A stretch of DNA of 62,252 nucleotides, filler included, from Jimgerdemannia flammicorona (Eukaryota), in the NCBI GenBank assembly GCA_003990765.1. It is 3 parts of 3 records of this genome, joined end to end, with 100 filler letters (N's around TTAATTAATTAA, not from the genome) between each part and the next. Parts side by side here need not be neighbours in the genome. Positions count along the whole stretch, not along the records: positions 20,787 to 41,470 come from RBNJ01001612.1; 2 more parts are not named here. The stretch is one strand, 5' to 3'. The stretch's first letter is position 1. Every line of letters starts with the position of its first letter. The notes beneath the pieces are model-generated. The model was not told the origin of the DNA. It saw only the letters and a list, made by a program, of their open reading frames with translations, and ran no database searches. Shown here in pieces: positions 27,002 to 38,384 of this stretch. Made by a program: the position numbers and the translations under genes.

Positions 27002-30000
27002 ATGAACAGTACAACTAGGATTTTCTCATTGAACATTAATGGGCTATAGGGGTCAGCTAGGAGGAAGTATATTTTTGGTTGGCTTAAGGGACTGGATGCA
27101 GACCTCTTCTTACTGCAGGATGTTCACTATGAGGCAGATGTGGACTTACAGGATTGGACTAAGGAGTGGGGGGGCATGGCAGTTTGGAGGGGGAAAGTAT
27201 GTATGCTCATTCGGAAAGGGATGGGGAACATTGGGAACATTGGACATTGGGGGTCTCGGGTGGTGTGGGGAGTGTGGCAGAGGCCTGGATGGGGCCTGTT
27301 GACGGTTGGGTCTTGTTACTGCCTGGCTGAGAGAGGGGAGAGGGTGAAATGGATCTGCGGATTGAAAGAGGCTGGTGTGTTGGGAGAAGTTGGGTTAGAC
27401 TGTATGGGGGGTGACTTTAACATGGTACGGGATAAGGAGTTGGACAGGACTGATGGAGGGAGAGGCATGCAGAGTGGAAGTAGTGGGTTGGGTGACTGGT
27501 TGGAGATGGAGAGGTTGTGTTCTCTAGTATACTCAGGGTGACATTTTTTGGCAGATCAGTGGATATTCACACACTGGACAGCAGGACTGGGCTCCAGGAT
27601 TGACTGGGTTCTAATGGCAGAGTGTTAGGGGACTGATGTCTGGTCAGTGCCGGAAGTCATATGGTGTCTGTGGTCCGATCACTGGGGGTTGCTGGGAGGG
27701 TGGAGGTTTGGGGGAAATAAGGATGGGCCTGGACATTGGTGACTGAATTCTTCTCTGTTGGAGGATAGAGTGTTGTGCGAGGGATGGGAATTGGAGGTGG
27801 TTGGAAATATAGGCAGATGGCAGGAACAGGGACTGGAGATTGGGGACTGCTGGAGAAGGCTGAAGGTGAAGGCTCAGGAGTATTGGAGGGAGGCAGGGAA
27901 AGGGAAGTGTGCCCAGTGGAGGTGGCAGATGCTGTGGGCCTCACGGCATCTGGCAGCACTCATGGAAAGATGGGCAGGTGTGATGGAGGATGGGGCCATG
28001 ATTGATTGGCATATTGTGAGGATCTGACAGGAGGTGGTGGAGCTCAAAGGGGTACTATGCAGGGAGGAGGAGGAGCAGTTGCAGGGAATGGTGGCCTGCC
28101 TGCAGTGGCAGAGGCTTGAGGAGTGGGAGAGGCCTACCAGGTTCTTGTCACAGTTGTTACAAGTACAACAAATGTGGCAGCAGTGGGAGGGGGTTTTGGA
28201 CGAGAATGATGAGCTAGTAGTGGGGACTCTGGCGATTCTGGACCTACTGCAAACCCGGTGGGGGAATCTTTGGAGTGAGGAGGATGGGGGATTGGATGCC
28301 CTGAACATTGAAAGACAGCTGGGGGATTGGCACCCAGATCCTGCAATGGGACTTGGGGCAGGGAGACCCAGTGAGTGGTGAGGAGATTTGCAGGATAGTG
28401 GCCTCGATGAGTAAGGGGACAGCTCTGGGAGAGGATGGGCTTCCCTGGGATTTTTGGCAGAAGATGACTGGGGTGGGAGAGGTGCTAGCAGAGATGACTG
28501 CGATGTGTGATGGAGTTCTTCGGTCTGGTGCCTGGATTGGGGGACAGCATCTAGGGCTGGTCTCTTTGCTCTTTAAGGACAAGGGTAGGTGGGAGAACTA
28601 GAAGAACTGGTGGCCAATTATGCTTCTCGACATGGACCGCAAATTGGTGATGAAAATTTTGGTGATGAGGTTGCAAGGCATCGCTCAGCAGGTTCTGGGT
28701 GTTGAGCAATGTGGGTTTGTCAGTGGTCAGTTGATTCGAGATGGGACAGCCTGGGTTCATGGAGTGATTGAAGGTGCCTGGGTATTGGGGGTAGATGGAA
28801 GATTGGTGTTCCTGGACCAAGAGAAGGCATATGATAGAGTGCGGAGAGTATGGCTGGAGGGAGTGCTGAAGCGGATTGGTGTTCCGCCAGGGGTCCGAAG
28901 ATCATTAATCAGCCTCTTGGAGAACATGGTTATCAATGGCCATCGGGGAGTGACCTTTCCCCTGGGGCATGGGATACCGCAAGGGGACCCCTTGTCATCC
29001 ATATTGTATGCGCTTTCTCTGGAGCCGCTACTGGACAGGATTCAGCATAAGATTGGAGGCCTGGACATTTTAGGGGTGAACTGGAAGGTGGGGGCCTTTG
29101 CTGATGATATAGTGGTCGGGCTGGGCTCCTTGGGAGATGTAGGAGAGCTACAGAGGACTGTGGAATGGTATGAGCGAGGCTCTGGTGCTAAACTTAACTG
29201 GCACAAATGTGAAATGCTGGTGCTGGGTGCTGGAATTGTTGGGGGCGATGTTATTGGTATGGTGGTACCAGTGGGTGAACCAGTGTGCTACTTGGGGATC
29301 TACTTCTAGTGTTCGGATCACTTCTTCCCCAGGTGTGGTGGAACCATAAACTTCTGGAGTTGGGTAGTGTCTTGCTGCAATGGGGAGGCCGGCATATGTC
29401 CCTTGCTGGGAGGGTGATGGTGTTGAATGTGTACTGGATGCCAAAGCTATAGTATATTGGATATCATTTGGATTTCCCACCCTGGGTGGTTAAGGAGTTG
29501 TTGAAGATGGTGAGGTCATGGATCTGGGGAGGGCGGCATAGCCAGGTTGGATGGGAGGTGCTCACATTGCCCTTGAAAAGAGGTGGGCTGGGCCTAGTGG
29601 ACTTTACTAAGCGGCTTCTTTACCTGAGAGCCTGGTGGCTGAGAAGGGTGAGCGAGCTCAGGGGGCGGGAGTGGGTACCACTCATGCAGAGGTTGTGGGA
29701 GGTTCGATACTCCCCATGTGGTGGCTCCAGGGATCTGCTTGCGATGGTGGCCATGGATGGGAGCAGAAAGATGTGGTTTACAGGTTTTTGGTGGTGAGTG
29801 GTGGATGGTGCTAAGAAGATTGGACTTCGGTGGCGAGGTGATGAAGCTGAGGAGATTTGGGGACCACAGATGTGGTGGTGGGACAGGCTTCTATTGGGTA
29901 GAGTCCTGGTGGAGGACTTCCAACTTGGCAAGGGCCTGGAGTATCTGCGAGGCCTAGGGGGGGACCTGTGGCCAGAGGCCTGGCAGAGGGTTGGAATTGG

Positions 30001-30649
30001 GGAGGAATGGAATTGGAATGGACTCTGGCTTTGGAGCAAGCAGGTGCGGCAGTGGCTGCTCCCAAAGTTCTGGGTGGTATGGTGGAGGGGCCTGCAGCGG
30101 AATGTGATGTTGAACTATCGGTCTGGACACTTGGTAGAGGGTGGGGTATTCGAGTGCAAGGATTGTTTCAATATTGGTCAGGAGGGAGGAGTGATACAAA
30201 CGCCTGAACATTGGCTTGGTGAATGCGAGATTTTGGGGGAGTTTTGGAGGGGAATTATAGACAGGATAGGGATGGGTGTCCGGGAGGGAGAGGAAGGGGG
30301 GAGATGGGGAGAGCTCCACCGGTGACTAGTGAGTGGAGTTGGGGACGAATGGCTGACCCTTAGTTGGGCTTTGGCTATGTGGGTTGGCCTGGCTGGGCAT
30401 TGGGTTTATGTATTTGAGGAAGGACACTGGGCTGGGGTGGCGGATAAGTTGGCCTGGTGGGAATGGTTGATGTCAGATATTTTGAATAGCTGGTGGAGGG
30501 GTTGGGGGATGGGTGGGGGGTACCGCAGGGGTCTGGTGCAGTATATCACCCTGAAGAGTAGTGGGAGGGTTTGGGTAGTGGGTAATTGGGTAGTGCTCGG
30601 GCAGGGGGTGGAGGAGGAGGGGGGTTTGGGCCCTCGGGGCATTGGTTGA
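27002..30649 (+). pseudogene. LINE ORF2: APE endonuclease + reverse transcriptase + C-terminal zinc motif, copy C
   Basis: APE motifs SLNING, GGDFN, SRIDW, SDHW; RT motifs GEDG, PIMLLDMDRK, QCGFV, LDQEKAYDRV, GIPQGDPLS, AFADD, YLG; C-terminal CKDC..EHWLGEC. Stops and frameshifts present. Confidence 0.93.
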
Positions 30650-33600
30650 GGGTAGGGGTGGCACTGTATTGTATTGTTTACACTATAGACATCAGTAATA
30701 AAGGGCAGTCCAAGTGACTATGAAAAAGAGATGAGTAGATTGAGTGGATTAGGGATCTTTTGGAGGTGGGCATTCTATTGGAGGAAGGAGTAGATGTTCT
30801 GGGAGGTAACTTTAATATGGTGCAGAATCCACAGTTAGATAGAACTGATGGAGAAAGAAGTGCAGGCAGGAGGAGTATTGGTCTGGATGCATGGGAGGAG
30901 GTAGAGAACCTTAGCTTCTTAGAAGATATGGGCAGAACATGGTGAGACAAAAAGAGGGTCTACATGCACTGAGTGAATGGACTGGGTATGAGAATTGACT
31001 GGATTCTGACAGCTGAATGCTGGGGTGTGGATGTTTGAAGGACTCTGGAAGTGGAGTGGTGTCTATAGTCTGATCACTGGGGGCTATTAGGGCAGGGACA
31101 GTTTGGTAAAAGTGGAGATGGACCTGGACATTGGCACCTTAACTCCTCTCTGCTGGTTGAGAAGGTTTTGTGGGATCCATGGGTGGAGGACATCCAAATG
31201 AAGATTACTAGCTGGATATATGAGGGTATATCTGTAGGTATTTGTTGGATGAGGTTGAAGGAGACTGCAAGGGTTTATTGGGAAGGAGCTGGTAGGGAGG
31301 CTGGGAGGCAGAGAAGGAAGAGAGTAAGGTATACTTCTAATAGGTTGATTAGATTGCAGATGAAATAGGCTGATTTGATTTCTTCCCAAGAGGTGGATAA
31401 TTGGAGGTTAGAGCAGACAAAATTGGAGGTAGTGGAACTACAACAGATATTGCAAGAGGAGGAGGAGATGTGCATGAGAGGGATGGCAGTCAGGCTGAGG
31501 TGGCAGGGGCTTGGGGAGGGGGAGAGGCCTACTAGATACTTGTCAAGGCTCCTCTAGGCCAGGAGGGTGCAGCATCAATGAGATGGGGTCCTTGATGCAG
31601 AGGGGGGAATGGTGCATGGTACACAATAGATCTTGGGGGTACTGAAGGAGAGGTAGAGGGTTCTGTAGAGTGAGGAGGAAGAGGGTGAGGATGAGGAGAC
31701 AATTGGAGACACATTGGAGGATTGGGATCTACTGCAAGTTGAGGACCTTGGTGAATTGATCCTACCAGTCCAAGAGGAGGAGATCCAGTAAGTCTTTATA
31801 GCAACTAAGCTTGAGATAGCACCAGGAGAGGATGGGTTACCTTGGGACTTTTGGAAGAAGATGGTGAGGGTTCCTGGAGTGATAGGAGAGATGGCAGCCC
31901 TCTGTGACCATGTTCTTCTGAATGGCAAGTGGGTTGGTGAGCAAGACTTGGGATTGATAGCCTTGTTATACAAAGACAAGGGGAGAAGGGAGGACTGGAA
32001 GAACTGGAGACTGATCATGCTTCTGGATATGGATAGGAAGATGGTGATCAAAATGATTATTGCAAGACTACAGAAGGTTGCCCAACAGGTGCTGGGTGAG
32101 GAGCAGTGGGGCTTTGTTGGAGGCAGGCTTATCAGAGATTGGACTGCCTGGGTTCATGGCATTATTGAAGAAGCATAGGCTTGTGGATTAGATGGAAGAC
32201 TGGTCTTTTTGGACTAGGAAAAGGCCTATGACCATGTTTGGTGGGTGTGGCTGGGCAAGGTGCTGGATAGAATTGGTATTCCCTCATGATTTCGAGCTTC
32301 TATGTTGAATCTATTGGTGGGAAGTAGGGCAGCTCTAATGTGTACTGGTCACCAGGGTCTAGTGTTCCCCTTGGAAAGAGGAGTTCCTCAGGGAGATCCT
32401 TTGTCTCCTATCCTCTATACCCTTTCATTTGAACCTTTGATGGATAGGATATGACAGAAGATGGCAGGGCTCACTGTATATGGTGTAGTGTGGAAGGTGG
32501 GGGCCTTTGCAGATAATATCATAGTTGGACTTGGCATAGTGATGGATGTTGAGATACTCAAGGAGACTGTGGAATGGTATGAGGCACATTCTGGGGCAAA
32601 GCTCAACTAGTATCAGTGTGAGATAATGGTGCTGGAGAATGGACTAGTGAGAGAAGATATCATTGAAACAATTGTCCCTACAGGAGAAGCAGTGTGGTAT
32701 CTGGGTATCTTTCTTTCTGTATATGGATCTGTCTTGCCACAGAAGTGGTGGGAGAGGAGGGTGGAAATCTGGAGAGAGGCTCTTAGAGGTTGGGGAGGAT
32801 GCCACATCTCCCTAGCAGGCCAGGTGTCAATTCTGAATATCTACTGGTTCTCCAAGCTATAGTATGTTACTTATCACTTAGACTTTCCAGCTTGGGTGGT
32901 GAAGAGACTGATGAAACTGGCTAGAGATTGGATTTGGGCAGAGAGGTGGTCCCAGATCAGTTGGGACACTCTTGCAATACTGGTGGTTAGGGGAGGGCTA
33001 GGTCTAGTGGATTTTCCTAAGAGACTGTACTGCCTGCGAGCTTGGTGGTTGAAAAGGACTGTTGAACTGCAGAGTGGGGGTTGGGTACTGCTGATGCAGA
33101 AGGTGTGGGAGATGAGATTCTCTCCATGAGGGTCATTGGGAGATTTTCTATCTCTTGTGGGTCTGGATGGAAGCCAATGGCTATAGTATAAGGACTTCTG
33201 GTTGGGGGTGGTGGATGGAGTACACCAAATAGGCCTGCACTGACAAAGTAATAATGGGGAGATGCTGTGGGATCCAGCTATGTGGTAATAGAGCAGACTG
33301 CTTCTGGGGGGTATTCTACTTACTGAATTTGATATTAGTGAAGGAGTGGAGTGTCAGCAGGGACTTGGTCAGAATCTATGACCAAGTAGTTGGTAGGCAG
33401 TGAGGATTGGCAAGAAGTGGAACTGGGCAGGAGTCTGGTCATAGAGTGCTGAGGTGCAGAGGTAGCTTTCTTCCAAGTTCTGGGTGGTATAGTAGTGGAT
33501 GCTGAGGAGAAATATCATGTTAAATTTCTATGCTAGACATCTGGTGGATGGTGGACAATTAGAATGTGAGGAGTGTTATAATGTAGGACAAGTTGGGGAG

Positions 33601-34140
33601 TTTGTACAGATGCCAGAACATTGGCTGGGAGAGTGTTAGGTTCTGGGGGACTTTTGGATAGCAGTAGGAGACCAGATGAGTATGGAGAGGAGGCCAGTTA
33701 GAGAGAGAGATCACTGGGAGGATTTGAAATCTCAGTTAGTGGGTGGTGTGGGCAATGGATGGCTCACTGTAGGGTGGGTTCTAGCTATCTGGTTGGACAT
33801 TGGCTCTTTGTTTTTGAGGAAGGGTGATAGATGGGTATACAGGAGAAGTTATTAAAATGGGAGGGGTTGATGGAAGTTTTGCTGACTAGGTGGTGGGTTG
33901 GTTGGAGTCCCCAGGGTGGGCAATGTCACCATCTGGTGGAAGAGATCTGTAAACAGAGTGGTGGACAGATGGTGGTAGTAAATGACAAAGTAATCTTTCA
34001 TTGAGAGGGGGTGAGAGAGGGGAGAGAGTCCACTAGGGGATTGGGTAGGGGTGGGCACAGTATATTATATAAAGAATAGATGGTGTATTAATAAAGGAAG
34101 GAGTCTGAGTGACTATAAAAAAAAAAAAAAAAAAAAAAAT

Positions 34141-35768
34141 GGAAGGCCAAGATGGTAGTTGTTGCTGGTGAGCAGACCACCTTCTGTTGGGCAGAGCATC
34201 ATGGTCTGAAACTCTGGCAGGAGGCCTGCCTGGAGTATCATGAGAACTTTAAGAAAAAGAAGAATGGGGAGATATCTGAACTTCTGATAGGATTGGAGGT
34301 GAAGGAGACTAAAGAGGAGGAATTGGCTATGAAATATAACTTAGACTTGGCACAGGAGGGGAGGAATGTGGATTTGTAGAGGATGTGCTGGATCTTACTT
34401 CTAAACATTATTCCCAATAAACAGTACAACTAACATTTTTGCTCTGAATGTGTATGAGTTATAGAGATCTGGGTGGTGTAAGAACATTTTTACTTGGCTT
34501 AAGAGACTAGAGGCTAATCTTTTTCTGCAGCAGGATGTATATTGTGAGGATGAGGAGGATCAAGTGGAGTGTACTAGAGAATGGGGAGGAGCTATAGCTT
34601 AGATTGACAAAGTGGCAATTTTGGTGTAGAGTAGTAAAGGAGATTTGAGTGGAATCAGGAACTGGGGAGACCATTTGGTATAGGAGGAATGGTATTGTCC
34701 TGGGTGGGAGTCAGTGAAAGTTGGCTCTTGCTACTGCCTGGTGGTTAGAGGTAAGCAGATTGCATAGATTAAGAGTCTGTTAGAAGAGGGTGCTCTCTTG
34801 GAGGAGAGGGTGGATATTCTGTAAGTGGACTTCAATATGGTGCAGAATCTTCAGTTAGATAGAACTAATGGAGGGAGGAGTGCTGGTGGAAGGAGTGATG
34901 GCCTGGATACATAGGAGGAGGTGGAGACCCTTAGCTTCTTAAAGGATATGGGCAGTATATGGAGGAGAGAAAAGAGAATCTACACATACTGGATGAATGG
35001 ACTAGGTACAAGAATTGACTGGATCCTGCCTGCTGGATGCTGGGGCATAGATATTTGGAAGACTCTGGAGGTAGAGTGATGTCTGTGGTCAGATCACTGG
35101 GGTCTATTAGGGCAGAGACAGTTTGGGGGGAGTGGAGATGGCCCCAGACATTGGTGCCTTAACTCCTCCCTGCTGGCTGAGAAGTTATTGTGGGACCCAT
35201 GGGTGGAGGACATCCAAGTGAAGATTGTTAGCTAGATACATGAGGGTTTGCCAGTGGGTATCTGTTGGATGAAGTTGAAAGAGGCTGTAAGGGGTTACTG
35301 GGGAGGGGCTGGTAGGGATGCTGAGAGGCAGAGAAGGAAAAGGGTGAGGTGTACTTCAAGTAGATTGGCTAGTTTGCAGATGGAATGGGCAGATTTGATA
35401 AGTTCTGGAGAGGTGGATGATTGGAGGTTGGTGTGAGCGAAATTGGAGGTAGTGGAGCTGCAACAGATACTGAGAGAGGAGGAGGAGATATATATAAAAG
35501 AAATGGCAGCTAGGCTGAGGTAGCAGGGGCTTGAGGAGGGGGAAATGATACATGGCACACAATAGATCTTGGGGTTACTGAAGGAGCAGTGGAGGGATCT
35601 GTGGAGTGAGGAAGATGGGGGTGCTGATGAAGAGATAATTGGAGTCATACTGGAGGATTGGGAACTACTACAAGTAGAGGGTCTTTTAGACTTGATCCTA
35701 TCAGTCCAAGAAGAGGAGATCCAGAGAGTCCTTGTGGCAACTAAGCTTGGGACAGTACCAGGAGAGGT
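34141..35768 (+). mobile_element. LINE copy A, right part (end of ORF1, APE and linker of ORF2; 3'-truncated)
   Basis: Resumes ORF1 where 22474 stops; ORF2 start decayed to ATA near 34417; DFN, RIDW and SDHW motifs; breaks off at VPGE. Confidence 0.85.
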
Positions 35769-35861
35769 AAAAGAAGAATAAAAGTTCTTTAATAAATTAT
35801 AAGAAATATTCTTTTCATTTGTTATTACTTATAGAATTTAAATATATAAGTAGTTATTTAT

Positions 35862-37063
35862 CAGGTTCCTTTCTCCACTACCTTACTGGTCACAAGATTT
35901 GGTAGGCAACCTTCCGAGTCTCCTTTCCCCTATTATTACCCCCTCTACCTTGGGTTGGTTTACTATACCTGCATGGGCATAGTGGGAGGAGGGCAATAGT
36001 GATGAGTTGCCTCTTTATCAGTGTCAGATTGGTGTCTTCTCTACTTTTTCACAGTTTCTAATATCTTTGGCTGCATCTGAAGTGCATCTGTTTTGGTATG
36101 GCACCTTCTTCCTTTTGTCATCACCAACTAGGTACTGTCTCGGTGTGTCTCAGGCTATGTAGGGAGTCGGTCAACCTTGGGTGTCAAGTGCTCAGTATAG
36201 GTTATCTGCAGGTCCTCAGTGCCTGTAGTGGGGCCCCCTGGCTTTGGTGAGCTTCCCAGCAAGTGCAGTTCTAGCATAGGTGACTGTTTTTCGGGTGTTG
36301 TCAGGATGGGAGGGGAGATGGCCATCACAGATAGGAGAATGGGTGATTACAGTGAACCAGTGGGGTGCCAGGCTAGGGGCAGTCATCAGGGCTAGGGCAG
36401 ATAATATTTCAGTAGAGCCTTTCAATTAGCTGGTAGAAGGTGGGGTAGTGCAGGGGCCAGCGTCTTAGCTGTACCCAACTGGAACTGGGAGCTGATGCGG
36501 TAATGTGATTGAGGTCCGCAGACTTGGGGAGTAGGATCTTCCTCATTTGGCAGTACCCGACTAGAACCGGAAGCTGACATGGCAATATAATCAAGGCCTA
36601 CAAGCTCAGAGAGTGGGAGTGGAGTCTCTTCAGGCCCTAGCCCATATGTAAGTCCTTTGAGGAAGGTACTGTGTATAAGTCCTTTACTCACTCACTTTGA
36701 ATCTACTTTGTTCTCTATTAGTTAGTTGGGGGGTTTTTTCTTTGCCTTGGGCTTTCTTTTGAGGTTCAGGAGGCTATTCTTTATTCAGTCCTGGTGCTGC
36801 TAGATCCGACACATAGGTGTGCTCTCATGAGTAAATGATGATCTAGCCCTGGTGAGAAGAAAAGTCTAGTCTATATTGTATGGGTCAATATAGCCAGTAT
36901 TTGATAGGCATAGCTAAAGTGGTGGGACTGCTGGACAGTTTAGTAGCCTAGGTTAATGGTGGGATATTGTTTGGTGGGTGGTGGGGGAAGGTTTTGGCCT
37001 ATATAGTCTAGGTTCTCTTCTAATAAAAATCTATGGGACATGAGTCTATTAAAAAAAAAAAAA
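35862..37063 (+). mobile_element. 1.2-kb non-autonomous poly(A) retroposon (SINE-like), copy 1
   Basis: Perfect 16-bp TSD ATAAGTAGTTATTTAT (35846-35861 / 37064-37079), AATAAA, poly(A); homologous end to end with 45983-47155. Confidence 0.88.
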
Positions 37064-37210
37064 ATAAGTAGTTATTTATAATTCTTTAAAAGAAGATAGT
37101 TATAGATAACTCTCCAAACTACAGATTAGTAAAAATAAGACTATGGTATGAAGGAGAAAGAAGATATTCTTAAAATTATCATAATAAAAGTTAGAATATT
37201 CCCCTAAAGA

Positions 37211-37278
37211 TAGGGTTAGGGTTAGGGTTAGGGTTAGGATTTAAGGTATATTTTATTTAGGGTTAGGGTAAGGGTTAG
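37211..37278 (+). repeat. Interstitial telomere-like (TTAGGG)n tracts
   Basis: tagggttagggttagggttagggttagga (37211-37239) and ttagggttagggtaagggttag (37257-37278) inside AT-rich decayed DNA. Confidence 0.85.
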
Positions 37279-38384
37279 AATTAAGCTTCAAGTAATAATT
37301 TATTCATTATAGAATAAAAAGGTATATCAGTATAATAAATAATAAAGTTAACTAGATTAGAAAAAAAAAGTTATTAAGTTTATTAAGATATTTTTGACTA
37401 TTTTTTAAAAAATAGAAAGAGGTCAGTGAAGTAAACAACTAGCTAAGAAGAATAATAAGGCCAAAGAGTTAATTACTTAAAAGATGGTCTATATAAACTA
37501 TTTTCTCATAGTTATTAAGAAAATAAAAGTAAGCAAAATAAAGAAAACTAAATAAAAAATATATATATTTAGTATCAACTACAGAAATAAGTATTGGTAA
37601 CTAAATACTAAGTAGTTATATAAAATGAATAATTTGATATACTCTTAACAATAAGACAACTAATTAGATAAATAAGGAGAGAGAAGAAAAAAAGAAAATA
37701 TAAAATCAATCAATTATCTAAGTATTTTCTTAATCTTAGTTATATAGAATCTAACTATAAGATGGCTATCAGAAAAACATATAGAATTAATAGTATATAG
37801 GCTGTCTTATAAAGAATATGAAGAGAAAAGATATGATGTTTCTTTTAATATTCTTTATTAATAAATCAGTTAAGTTATTCATAACTAAAATTATCTTAAA
37901 ACATAGAATAATAATTATTGAGAAGATTATATTTATAAAAATAACTATGGTAAAACTCATCTCTATAAAGGTATAAGTAGAGATGGCCAAAGTAGTCTTA
38001 TGTAGTAACAGGCAAGTGTAGAGCACATAAGTATAACTCTAAGAAGTTCTGAGATATAATATATTAAACAAGTATTTGAGAAGAGGTAATCTGTTTCTAC
38101 AATAGCTAATTCTAAAAGAAGATCTAGAGAAAAGAGTAGAATAGATAAGTTTTATAAATCTGGAGATTGAGATCCTATTACTAGTTGAGAAAGTTAAGAT
38201 AAAAGATCTAATAATAGAGTTTATCAATAATATATAGGGTCTAAGAGATACATAATAAAGAACTCATTAAGGAGATTAATAAGATTATTGCTAAATATAC
38301 TAAACTAATTCAAATAGGGTTGAAATATATATGTAAAAGAGATCTACATAGTACCACCAAAATGTAAGTTGAATGAGCCTATCT

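Larger units (their letters stand above)
24957..30727 (+). mobile_element. LINE copy C, full-length L1/Tx1-like element nested in copy B
   Basis: TSD AGGGATGAGTAGATT (24942-24956) / AGAGATGAGTAGATT (30727-30741); two-ORF structure; AATAAA and a short A tail at the 3' end. Confidence 0.92.
22475..34139 (+). mobile_element. LINE copy B, full length (~5.9 kb net), nested in copy A and interrupted by copy C
   Basis: 5' end homologous to 61935 onward; ORF1 ~22558-24580; ORF2 from ~24612, resuming at 30742; AATAAA then poly(A) 34117-34139. Decayed TSD GGGAGGCTGAGCTGG (22460-22474) / GGAAGGCCAAGATGG (34141-34155). Confidence 0.85.

Noticed and set aside
37440..38380. Possible decayed MULE/other transposase
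   Set aside because: Too mutated; no diagnostic motif could be read with confidence.
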